A DNA stretch of 55,630 bases from Candidatus Nomurabacteria bacterium (lineage in GTDB: Bacteria > Patescibacteriota > Minisyncoccia > Phycocordibacterales > CAIJYI01), in the NCBI GenBank assembly GCA_943356445.1, contig CALREZ010000002.1, forward strand, positions 54,473-110,102. The letters are read 5' to 3'. Positions 44,013-52,054 of the stretch are shown one piece after another; position 1 is the first letter of the stretch; the number at the start of each line of letters is the position of its first letter. The translations under genes and the position numbers were made by a program. The notes beneath the pieces are model-generated. The model made no database searches. It saw only the letters and a program-made list of their open reading frames with translations, and had not been told where the DNA came from.

Positions 44013-45581
44013 GTGATATACAAAGACTTGTTAGAAGCCCTGCAAGACGACCAAAAACATTTGTGCAATATCGTCGGCGGCGAATATGTGAATACGGCAA
44101 AAACCGCTGTTCTTGTAAATCCTCTGGACGGCCGCCCTTTATTGGAATATCCCGACACACAAGTTGACGAGATTGCGCCATTTCTGGCGTCGCTCGCGAA
44201 GTGTCCGAAAAGCGGGCTGCATAATCCGATCAAAAATGTTGAGCGGTATAAAATGCTCGGCGAAGTTTCTTTTAAGGCTGCCATGGCTTTGGAAGACCCG
44301 GCCGTTGAGGGATATTTTACTCGGCTTATTCAAAGCGTGATGCCGAAATCATATGCGCAAGCGCGCGGAGAAGTCGTTGTGACGAAACAGTTTTTAAAAA
44401 ACTTTTCGGGCGACCAAGTACGATTTTTGGCGACAGGGAAGACGACCCCCGGCGATCACTTCGGACAGCAGCCGCAAGATTATCAATGGCCGTATGGCCC
44501 CGTGGTAATTATTGCGCCGTTTAACTTTCCGATGGAAATCCCCGTCCTTCAATTGATGGGCGCGCTCTATATGGGAAATAAACCGCTGATCAAATCGGCA
44601 ACGACGGTGAGTGTGGTTCTTGATCAATTTTTGGCGTTGCTCCACGAGTGCGGATTGCCGATGGAAGATGTTGATTTGATCCACTGTCGCGGTTCCGTGA
44701 TGAACGAACTCTTGAAACAAGGCAAGGACATTATTCGCCTCGTGCAATTCACCGGTTCAAGCAAAGTGGCGGAAGAAATTTCGCAGATCATGCGCGGAAA
44801 AGTGCGGATTGAAGATGCCGGTTTTGACTGGAAAATTCTGGGCCCGGATTTCAAGGCGGAAAATCTTGATTACGTGGCGTGGCAGTGCGACCAAGACGCC
44901 TATGCGGCGAGCGGACAAAAATGTTCGGCGACTTCCATTCTTTTTGCTCACGATAACTGGGTGAACGGCGGTCTTTTTGCCAAATTGAAATCTCTTGCTT
45001 ATTCGCGGAATCTTCACGACCTCACGGTCGGCCCGGTTCTTACGTGGAAGACGAAAGAGATGTTGGGTCACATGAACAAGCTTCTTGAAATTCCCGGAGC
45101 ATGGCTTTTGTTCGGCGGAAAACCGCTTATCAATCATACCATTCCGGATTGTTATGGCGCGATAGAACCGACGGCGGTATATGTTCCGCTTAAGCAAATT
45201 TTATTGCCACAATACTGGGACATCGCAACGACCGAGGTTTTTGGCCCGTTTCAAGTGGTTACTTCCTATGAAAACAGGGATATTGAACATGTATTGGAGG
45301 CCTGCGAACAGATGGAAAATCATTTGACTGCCGCAGTGGTATCTGATGATCCCGTTTTCATCAATAAAGTCCTCGGTGCAACCGTGAACGGCACAACCTA
45401 CGCGGGTATCCGCGCTCGCACGACCGGCGCTCCGCAAAATCACTGGTTCGGCCCCTGCGGCGACCCTTGCGGCGCCGGTATCGGTACTCCGCAAGCGATT
45501 ATCAATACATGGAGCGCTCCAAGATGCATCATTCGCGATGTCGGCCCGATAGACTATTCGGCTCAATTAGTACAGAGTTAA
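44013..45581 (+). CDS. Aldehyde dehydrogenase superfamily protein, resembling ALDH4/ALDH12-type delta-1-pyrroline-5-carboxylate dehydrogenases
   Basis: FTGSSKVAE, catalytic-Cys motif SGQKCSA, EDAGFDWKILGPD and C-terminal GAPQNHWFGP. GTG start with a GGAGAG ribosome-binding site. The subfamily call rests on recalled similarity only. Confidence 0.8.
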   Translation: MIYKDLLEALQDDQKHLCNIVGGEYVNTAKTAVLVNPLDGRPLLEYPDTQVDEIAPFLASLAKCPKSGLHNPIKNVERYKMLGEVSFKAAMALEDPAVEGYFTRLIQSVMPKSYAQARGEVVVTKQFLKNFSGDQVRFLATGKTTPGDHFGQQPQDYQWPYGPVVIIAPFNFPMEIPVLQLMGALYMGNKPLIKSATTVSVVLDQFLALLHECGLPMEDVDLIHCRGSVMNELLKQGKDIIRLVQFTGSSKVAEEISQIMRGKVRIEDAGFDWKILGPDFKAENLDYVAWQCDQDAYAASGQKCSATSILFAHDNWVNGGLFAKLKSLAYSRNLHDLTVGPVLTWKTKEMLGHMNKLLEIPGAWLLFGGKPLINHTIPDCYGAIEPTAVYVPLKQILLPQYWDIATTEVFGPFQVVTSYENRDIEHVLEACEQMENHLTAAVVSDDPVFINKVLGATVNGTTYAGIRARTTGAPQNHWFGPCGDPCGAGIGTPQAIINTWSAPRCIIRDVGPIDYSAQLVQS

Positions 45582-45586
45582 AACAC

Positions 45587-45620
45587 AATCGGCGACCCAC
45601 AATGGGTCGCCGATTTTTTA
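45587..45620. terminator. Bidirectional terminator
   Basis: aatcggcgaccca caa tgggtcgccgatt gives a 13-bp stem followed by ttttt. Confidence 0.85.
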
Positions 45621-45622
45621 CA

Positions 45623-46720
45623 TTATTCAAGCGTGATGACGACGATTTCCGAATTTGTCCCGACGCGCATTGCCGGGCCCCAGGTGCCGGCTCCGCTGGA
45701 AGTGTACAGGGCGTAATCGCCGTTTTGGTGCAAACCGTAATCAAGGCCGGAATAGTACAGGGAAGTAATAAAACCATACGGAAAAATTTGCCCAGCGTGA
45801 GTGTGTCCGGAAAGCTGAAGCTTGATTCCGGAGGCTTTCGCCTCGTCGGTTCGCGCTGGCTCGTGATAGAGAAGAATAGACGGGCCATTTTTGTCATATC
45901 CCGGCATCTTCGCGAGCGTATCCGCCACTTTTTTGTTTTCAAAATTGATGCCGACAATTTGCAGGCCGTCCACGTTTTTCACTTCATCGCGAAGTATGGT
46001 AACGCCGGAATTTTTCAGAAGAGCGTATGATTTTTCAATGCCGAAATAAGTTTCATGGTTGCCGGTTATGAAGTAAGAACCTTTCGGCGCGATCAGTTTT
46101 GAGAGGTCGTTCGCCACATAATCAAAACGGTCGCCGGTGCCGTCAAAGAGATCTCCCGTAAGAAACACAGCTTCGGGTTTTTGCGCATTGATATTTTTAA
46201 TGAGCCCATGGAAAAAAGCTTCTCCCCAGATGAAACCGAGGTGAATGTCGGAAGCTTGAACCACTCTTTTGCCTTTCCATTCTTCCGGAAGATCTTTTAT
46301 TTTCACGGTGATATGTCGTACGATCGGATGATACGCATTCCATATTCCATACGCCGTATAGACAATGGATAGGGTAAGAATAATACTTCCGATGGCAAAG
46401 AGAGGAAGGTTGACTCGGAAAAATTTCCCGGCAATAGCGAGGATCCACGCAATAACAAAGAAGGTGAGAAGCGCCGTAAGTGTTCCGAACCAGAGATTGA
46501 AAAGATAAAAAATACAGCGGGAGAAATAAGTATCGTAAAAATGAGAGAGTATCTGCGCGCAAACTAATCCGAGCGGAAGAAAAATCAGAACACCGCCGAT
46601 AAAATACCGTATTTTTACCGATTCAACTGCGAAGAATTTTATAAAAGAAAAAAACAGAAAGACATGAGTGACGGCAAGAATGCCGATGGCAACAAGCGCA
46701 AAAATAATTATTTGAAGCAT
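45623..46720 (-). CDS. Membrane-anchored metallophosphoesterase (YkuE-like)
   Basis: N-terminal TM segments, then the calcineurin-like motifs SDIHLG, GDLFDG, GNHE and SGHTHAGQ. Confidence 0.85.
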   Translation of the reverse strand: MLQIIIFALVAIGILAVTHVFLFFSFIKFFAVESVKIRYFIGGVLIFLPLGLVCAQILSHFYDTYFSRCIFYLFNLWFGTLTALLTFFVIAWILAIAGKFFRVNLPLFAIGSIILTLSIVYTAYGIWNAYHPIVRHITVKIKDLPEEWKGKRVVQASDIHLGFIWGEAFFHGLIKNINAQKPEAVFLTGDLFDGTGDRFDYVANDLSKLIAPKGSYFITGNHETYFGIEKSYALLKNSGVTILRDEVKNVDGLQIVGINFENKKVADTLAKMPGYDKNGPSILLYHEPARTDEAKASGIKLQLSGHTHAGQIFPYGFITSLYYSGLDYGLHQNGDYALYTSSGAGTWGPAMRVGTNSEIVVITLE

Positions 46721-46759
46721 GGGTTAAGTATAACAGAAGTCTTTTTGAAAAGCATCGAG

Positions 46760-47764
46760 TTAAAGACTGAAGGTTTGGACTTTTTTCATAGATAGCGGTT
46801 CATAGAGTTCCACTTTGTTTTCTGTGGGTAAAAAGCGAATAGTCGAGATAGTGTGTCCGTTTTCCAGAAGTTTTGTGCAAATTGAATTTGGCGCGTGTTT
46901 TCTGTCTGCCAATATATCCATCGGATCCTTTTTTTCTTCAAGAAGTTTGAGAGTTTGTTTGTATCTTATAAGAGAGTTTTTATACGTCGGAGCTTGCGCA
47001 GAAAACATGGGGTGTAAATAATGGTTGGTATGAACGTCTATCCCCCTCACTTCTTTGATACTTACGGAATCATGAAATTGTTCAATAGAAAAAAGATCGG
47101 TTCCTTTTCCGAGATAATAATGATACCCGCTCGCTTCGTGCCCAGATTTTAATTTTGATATGCCGTCCTCAATGCTTTTCGCTTCAATAAGCCGACGCGC
47201 GACAAAACATCTTGAAACTCTGTCGGTAATATCCGGGCGGATTGGTTCCAAGTAATTGACTGAAAAATATACACCGTAAGAATTCCAACTGTATGAACCG
47301 CTTGGTATCTCCCCCGCGTAAACAAACGCGTAAAAGGACACCTCGGGAAGAACATAATGTACCAGAAAACAGTCTTGAGAACGTTCATCTCCTCCGCCGT
47401 CTTCGTTGTGTACTAAGAAGATACCGTCGTCTCGTTTGGCGGCAATCGTTGTGCATCCCCCTTTGCGGCTTTCTATCTCTGGGGTATTAAGTAAAAGCAG
47501 TCTCCAATAGTCAACTTTTGCGCCATCTGCCATTCCCTCCATCTCGCGAATAAATTGAGGGTAGTATTTTTTGCAGGTTTGGTGAACTTCCTCAAGAGCT
47601 TTTTGGTACTTTTTGAACAAGGCGTCTTTTACTTCTCGTTTAAGACGGTACTCAATATGTTTTTTTGCCTGTTCTCCAAACTGATATCCACAGTCGTAAT
47701 AGTTACCCCTTGCTTCAATTATTTTAAGCATAATATCATCAGTATAACAGGTTTTTGAAAGCAC
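46760..47764 (-). CDS. C45-family peptidase / acyl-CoA:6-APA acyltransferase-like Ntn hydrolase
   Basis: GGCTTIAA (nucleophile Cys after a propeptide) and FLVHNEDG. The start is probably at MLKIIEARG (47731). Confidence 0.7.
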   Translation of the reverse strand: MLSKTCYTDDIMLKIIEARGNYYDCGYQFGEQAKKHIEYRLKREVKDALFKKYQKALEEVHQTCKKYYPQFIREMEGMADGAKVDYWRLLLLNTPEIESRKGGCTTIAAKRDDGIFLVHNEDGGGDERSQDCFLVHYVLPEVSFYAFVYAGEIPSGSYSWNSYGVYFSVNYLEPIRPDITDRVSRCFVARRLIEAKSIEDGISKLKSGHEASGYHYYLGKGTDLFSIEQFHDSVSIKEVRGIDVHTNHYLHPMFSAQAPTYKNSLIRYKQTLKLLEEKKDPMDILADRKHAPNSICTKLLENGHTISTIRFLPTENKVELYEPLSMKKVQTFSL

Positions 47765-47765
47765 A

Positions 47766-47796
47766 AAAATAGCTGTCCTATATGAACAGCTATTTT
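47766..47796 (-). terminator. Terminator hairpin downstream of the Kazal-like gene
   Basis: aaaatagctgt cctatatga acagctatttt. Confidence 0.6.
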
Positions 47797-47941
47797 ATGA
47801 TTTTTTATTTCTTTTTCTCCCTCCTCATTTCCATCCGCGGGGCTCTGGTTACGTGCTGGTTTTGGCGGATATTTCTTTCTCTGTCCATCGGCGGGATCTG
47901 TGATTGTTTCATGTATTTTTAAAAATTATATTGATAACCTT

Positions 47942-48325
47942 TTATTTTTTTATGCATTCTCCCTCGGTGTATTCTTTGACGAGAGGATTCGCGCAGGCTT
48001 CGCAGGAGTTTCCGAAGGTGTGCGGTCTTGGCGGACAAGGAGCTCGGACGCATTGCACTTGTACTTCTGCGCAGACCGGTTTATAGAGGGCGATACAGGC
48101 GGTTTGTTCTTCACTGTTTGTTTTTGGCGGGCAAGATATCGGTTTTGAGACGGCGGGAGTGGGTGCTGGTATTGGTTTTTCTGTCGGAAGGGCGTGGGCT
48201 TCTGCAGGTTTTTGTTCCTTACCTGTTTCTGTTGGTGCTAGTGTTGGCGTACTTGAGAACCGTACGATTGCTGCTCCGACGATTGAAATGAAAAGAATCA
48301 GCACTGCGAATATTTTTGTTTTCAT
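47942..48325 (-). CDS. Secreted Cys-rich protein with a Kazal-like inhibitor motif
   Basis: Signal/anchor MKTKIFAVLILFISIVGAAIV, a Pro/Thr/Ala linker, then C..C..YKPVCAEV..C..C..FGNSCEAC..C, resembling the Kazal signature (Y-x-PVC ... N-x-C-x-x-C). Confidence 0.45.
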   Translation of the reverse strand: MKTKIFAVLILFISIVGAAIVRFSSTPTLAPTETGKEQKPAEAHALPTEKPIPAPTPAVSKPISCPPKTNSEEQTACIALYKPVCAEVQVQCVRAPCPPRPHTFGNSCEACANPLVKEYTEGECIKK

Positions 48326-48345
48326 GATTACAGTATATCAAAAAG

Positions 48346-48375
48346 AAAAAAGCGATGCCATGACATCGCTTTTTT
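48346..48375. promoter_or_regulatory. Terminator-like hairpin lying between divergent genes
   Basis: aaaaaagcgatg ccatga catcgctttttt gives a perfect 12-bp stem with an A-run and a T-run, 21 nt upstream of the Kazal-like start codon. Confidence 0.5.
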
Positions 48376-48460
48376 AAAAAACTATTCGCTCATTATTTTT
48401 TGAAGGTCTCTTTTTGTTCCTTTCAGGGGCGAAAAAAAAGACAACTTTTGTTATACTGGA

Positions 48461-48871
48461 ATGGTCTTAACAAAAAATAAAAATATGGACGACAACAATA
48501 CATATGAGGAAGAAGCGCGAGAAAAGTGGGGCGATACCGAAGCCTACAAACAATCGCAGGAACGCGTGAAAAAAATGAGCAAAGAAGAATTGGCGCAAGC
48601 CGCGGCTGACGCTGATAGAATCATGTTGGAAATCGCCGAATATATGAAAGAAGGTCTTCCTCCGGAAAGCGAAAAAGTTCAATCTCTTATCGCGAGGCAC
48701 TACCACCACCTCCGCACTTTTTACGAACCGAATTTGCAAATATACCGCGGACTGGCGGACATGTATGTTTCGGACGAGCGATTCCGGTCGCATTATGAAA
48801 AAATAGGGAAGGGATTGGCGGAATTTATCCAGAGCGCCATGGTTGCGTATTGTAATACGATGGAGGCGTAA
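48461..48871 (+). CDS. TipAS antibiotic-recognition-domain protein without a MerR DNA-binding domain
   Basis: EEAREKWGDTEAYKQSQERVKKMSKEE .. YHHLRTFYEP .. LADMYVSDERF fit the TipAS domain. The start may be at 48485. Confidence 0.7.
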   Translation: MVLTKNKNMDDNNTYEEEAREKWGDTEAYKQSQERVKKMSKEELAQAAADADRIMLEIAEYMKEGLPPESEKVQSLIARHYHHLRTFYEPNLQIYRGLADMYVSDERFRSHYEKIGKGLAEFIQSAMVAYCNTMEA

Positions 48872-48968
48872 AACCCTCACGAAGACTGATTGCGTCGGCG
48901 GAATATCTGTGTTACGGTAATGCCAGAATAAGTTTTTTGCACGTAAGACAAACTCTGGAGGCACAGAT

Positions 48969-49637
48969 ATGACCGACCCTGTTTTTTATCTCAAAGGCAT
49001 CGCTTTGGCGTATGTTCTGTATTTTATCGTCGGAATGGCGCGAGAAGCTTTCGCGAATATCTCCTTCGTTCCGTTTATATGGAAGCGAACCAACCCAAAA
49101 ATGTTTGCTGAAACCTTTGGCATTCTGGTGCTCGTTACGGGAACGATGTTTCTTCTTCTCGCTTTTATCCCTTTTATGAGAATAGGCTGGATGAATTTCT
49201 TTTCTCCCGACGGCGGCAATATCATTTTGAAACCATTTACGGATTTGGCGGAATCTTCGGATTATCTTATCCGTTGCATTCCCGTCGTCTTGCTGGCCGT
49301 TCTTATATTTCTCGCGCCGTTCATCGTAAAGGTGGAAGAAGAAATTTTCCGCTACGGACATACCGAGTGGAGAGCGGTATCTCGCCAATCGGTGAAATTC
49401 GGATTGATACACCTTATCCTTGGGATTCCGATTGCCGCTCCTTTAGCCCTTATCATTCTCGGATTTTTTCTGGGGTATAAATACCGGAAAGCCTATCGGG
49501 AAACGTTGCCGTACTGCGGGGAAGATTTCAACATGGCGCACTCAAGAGCGATTGCGACGTCTATTGCGTATCATACCATTTTTGACTGCATGCTTTTTGT
49601 CCTTCTTCTTGTCGGGCTCATCGTTTCTTTCTTTTGA
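48969..49637 (+). CDS. CPBP-family intramembrane protease (third copy, larger)
   Basis: EEEIFRYG, FGLIHLILG and YHTIFD motifs. 222 aa. Confidence 0.7.
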   Translation: MTDPVFYLKGIALAYVLYFIVGMAREAFANISFVPFIWKRTNPKMFAETFGILVLVTGTMFLLLAFIPFMRIGWMNFFSPDGGNIILKPFTDLAESSDYLIRCIPVVLLAVLIFLAPFIVKVEEEIFRYGHTEWRAVSRQSVKFGLIHLILGIPIAAPLALIILGFFLGYKYRKAYRETLPYCGEDFNMAHSRAIATSIAYHTIFDCMLFVLLLVGLIVSFF

Positions 49638-49652
49638 TGTATTCCAAAAAAC

Positions 49653-49680
49653 AGCGCCGGCAAAATGCCGGCGCTTTTCC
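49653..49680 (+). terminator. Intrinsic terminator
   Basis: agcgccggc aaaat gccggcgct followed by tttt. Confidence 0.8.
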
Positions 49681-49718
49681 TTTTGAGAGAGAAAGAAAAA
49701 AGTGATAAAATATGTTTT

Positions 49719-50108
49719 ATGAATGATTTTGATACTTGGAATAAGCTAAAAAAGAAAATAGAAATTGATACAAATGAACCGAATCGCTTTCCGAAGGAAG
49801 GCGAAGTCTGGATGTCTTCTCTTGGTAAAAATATCGGTTTTGAACAAAATGGTTCGGGGGATAATTTTTCTCGTCCCGTTTTGATTATTAAAAAATTTAA
49901 CAATCATATGTTTTGGAGTGTTCCGCTATCTTCAAAACAGAAAAACTTTGACTTTTACTTTAACTACGTCGATCCAAACGGACAAAAAGCATCAGCTATT
50001 CTTGCTCAAATAAAGTTGATAAGCGTTAAGAGGATAGAAAGAAAGATGTATGATATTCAGAATAAATTTTTTGAGGAAATAAAACAAAAACTCAAGTCTT
50101 TTCTATAA
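49719..50108 (+). CDS. PemK/MazF-like toxin-fold protein, no adjacent antitoxin gene
   Basis: MNDFDTWNKLKKK.. FPKEGEVWMSSLGKNIGFEQNGSGDNFSRPVLIIKKFN..WSVPLSSKQK matches the solitary MazF/PemK-like family pattern. The start is taken at ATG 49719. Confidence 0.65.
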   Translation: MNDFDTWNKLKKKIEIDTNEPNRFPKEGEVWMSSLGKNIGFEQNGSGDNFSRPVLIIKKFNNHMFWSVPLSSKQKNFDFYFNYVDPNGQKASAILAQIKLISVKRIERKMYDIQNKFFEEIKQKLKSFL

Positions 50109-50111
50109 CTC

Positions 50112-50137
50112 GAAACCCCGCCTTTCGGCGGGGTTTC
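50112..50137. terminator. Hairpin between convergent genes
   Basis: gaaaccccgcc tttc ggcggggtttc gives an 11-bp stem, but no clear U-run. Confidence 0.5.
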
Positions 50138-50199
50138 TCGGAGCCTTTCGGCACTTTGTACGTTGATTATATCAGCTGTGTGTTGATTGTCAAGGAAAA

Positions 50200-51648
50200 T
50201 TATTTCTCCAGATCCAAAACATCGTCAATCCTGATTTTTTCCACGAAATCGGGGACGTGGCTGACGACGATCATCGCGCCGTCATATTTATTGAGGGCTT
50301 CGGCAATGACGGGAAGGTGGCGGAAGTTGATGTGATTGGTCGGTTCGTCCAAAATGAGCAGGCCCGGTTTTTGGAGAACCAAACGCGCAAAAGCGACGAG
50401 GCCTTTTTGCCCTTCGGAACGCGCGCCGATTTTTGTGTGTACGACATTTCCGGTGAGAAGAAATCCCGCCGCGATACTGCGGATTTTTTCTTCAGTTTCT
50501 TTCGGGGCGACCTCGCAAAGCGATTCATAAGCGGTGTCTTCAAAATTGAGCGTGGAAAAATCCTGACGGTAATAGCCGATAACAATGTCTTTCGGTATGG
50601 TCGTTCCCTCCGATTCATTTTTGGCGATAAGTTCCAAAAGCGTGCTTTTTCCGATTCCATTCGGGCCTTGGAGCTGAAGGTGCTGGTTTCTCCCGAGCTT
50701 CACGTCGGTTTTTCTTTGGAAAACTTTTCCGTTCTTGTAGGTTTTGAAAGCGGTAATGTGAATGATACCGCCGATATTTTGTTGAGAGGGAATAGTAAAC
50801 GGGCGAATGGTTTTGTCTTCTTTTCGGGTATCTACCTTTTCTTCCTCCATTTCTTCCGCTTTTTCTCGCATGCGTTTCGCGACCATGCGCATCTGACCTC
50901 CTTTCATGGCGAAGAAATTGGCTTTTTCTTTGTTTGCCTGAATTTCTTTCGCGAGTTGGGCATTCTTGCGATTTTCTTTTTCCACGCGGGCCGTAATTTG
51001 TTCGCGAACGTCAAAATAGTTTCCGACGTATTGCTCTATTTTTTTCGTAAAGACATCCAGATAGAGAACTCCGTCGGTAAAACTGTTCAAAAATCCCGCG
51101 TCGTGCGAAATGACGATGACGGTTTTTTCATACTCTTTCAAAAATTGCGTGAGGTGTTCAATGCCGGCCTTGTCCAGATTGTTGGTCGGTTCATCAAGCA
51201 GAAGAAGGTCGGGATTTTGAATAAGGGCGGAGGCGAGCAAAAGGCGAGCCTGTTGTCCTCCGGAAAAAGAACGCATGATGCGGTCGCGGGGAACATCAAG
51301 ATGTACGACTTCCAAGATTTCGTCTATCTTCGGATCAATATCGTATACTTTATGGTCAAAGGATTTTTCAAAAAATTCACGAACGGTGAGATCAAGCTGG
51401 TCGCGAGGAATGACTTGTCTGGAGATGGCAATGGAAACGCCGTTCACGACATTGATATTGCCGTCTTCGGGAAAAAGTTCGCCGGTAATCAGTTTGAAAA
51501 GGGTACTCTTTCCCGAGCCGTTTTGTCCCATGACGGTCGTTTTGGTTCCGCGACGCACCGAAAAATCCACTTCATCAAGAAGAGGCTTTGTTTCCGCATA
51601 TCCGAAGCGAACTTTCTCAAACCGCAGTATGGACTCATTTTTTGACAT
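50200..51648 (-). CDS. ABC-F family ATPase (two ABC domains, no TM domain)
   Basis: Two Walker A motifs (GQNGSGKST, GPNGIGKST), two signatures (FSGGQQ, RSEGQK) and two Walker B motifs (LLLLDEPTN, LLILDEPTN), with a charged inter-domain linker. 482 aa. Confidence 0.88.
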   Translation of the reverse strand: MSKNESILRFEKVRFGYAETKPLLDEVDFSVRRGTKTTVMGQNGSGKSTLFKLITGELFPEDGNINVVNGVSIAISRQVIPRDQLDLTVREFFEKSFDHKVYDIDPKIDEILEVVHLDVPRDRIMRSFSGGQQARLLLASALIQNPDLLLLDEPTNNLDKAGIEHLTQFLKEYEKTVIVISHDAGFLNSFTDGVLYLDVFTKKIEQYVGNYFDVREQITARVEKENRKNAQLAKEIQANKEKANFFAMKGGQMRMVAKRMREKAEEMEEEKVDTRKEDKTIRPFTIPSQQNIGGIIHITAFKTYKNGKVFQRKTDVKLGRNQHLQLQGPNGIGKSTLLELIAKNESEGTTIPKDIVIGYYRQDFSTLNFEDTAYESLCEVAPKETEEKIRSIAAGFLLTGNVVHTKIGARSEGQKGLVAFARLVLQKPGLLILDEPTNHINFRHLPVIAEALNKYDGAMIVVSHVPDFVEKIRIDDVLDLEK

Positions 51649-51715
51649 TCCGTCAAGAATAACACATTTTTGACGATTTGGGAAGGGTTTACGGGCACCC
51701 TCCTCGCTTTTCGCT

Positions 51716-51784
51716 CGTCATTGCGGGCTTTGACCCGCAATCTACGGCGTGACAACGCGGATTCTGATTTTCATCAGAATGACG
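51716..51784. repeat. GC-richer palindromic element in the ABC-F upstream region
   Basis: Hairpins attgcggg ctttga cccgcaat (51720-51741) and attctgat tttc atcagaat (51761-51780), enclosed by cgtcatt / aatgacg. Confidence 0.55.
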
Positions 51785-51817
51785 ACGTATAAAAAGGGAA
51801 TCCTCTTGCGGTCTTCT

Positions 51818-51985
51818 TTATTTTGGAAGCAGGAGATATTCCACCAGTTTTGGAACCCATAGATCTTGCGTGAAGATAAGGGCTACCCCGACGATGATCA
51901 AGATGAAAAGAAAGATCTGAAACCCGACCAAAAGCCGGCTCGGGTGATACTTTTCTCTTTTCCAATTTTTACAAAATGGCATCAT
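51818..51985 (-). CDS. Possible small membrane protein (55 aa)
   Basis: MMPFCKNWKREKYHPSRLLVGFQIFLFILIIVGVALIFTQDLWVPKLVEYLLLPK, with one clear TM helix. Below the ORF-track size cut-off. The listed ORF 51774-51965 in another frame looks less protein-like. Confidence 0.35.
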   Translation of the reverse strand: MMPFCKNWKREKYHPSRLLVGFQIFLFILIIVGVALIFTQDLWVPKLVEYLLLPK

Positions 51986-52054
51986 ATTTTTTGTTTTTAT
52001 TTTATCACAATTTTATGCGTTGACGAATGATAAGCGCTCAACTAAGATGAAAAT

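Noticed and set aside
47805-47912. 35-aa basic minus-strand ORF (MKQSQIPPMDRERNIRQNQHVTRAPRMEMRREKKK) between the Kazal-like and C45 genes
   Set aside because: It has no ribosome-binding site, no hydrophobic or structured character, and the terminator hairpin lies just downstream. It is more likely 3' UTR sequence of the Kazal-like gene.
50257-51645. 462-aa ORF antisense to the ABC-F gene
   Set aside because: The minus-strand product has two complete ABC cassettes (Walker A/B and signature motifs). The plus-strand translation has no recognisable features and is a shadow ORF.
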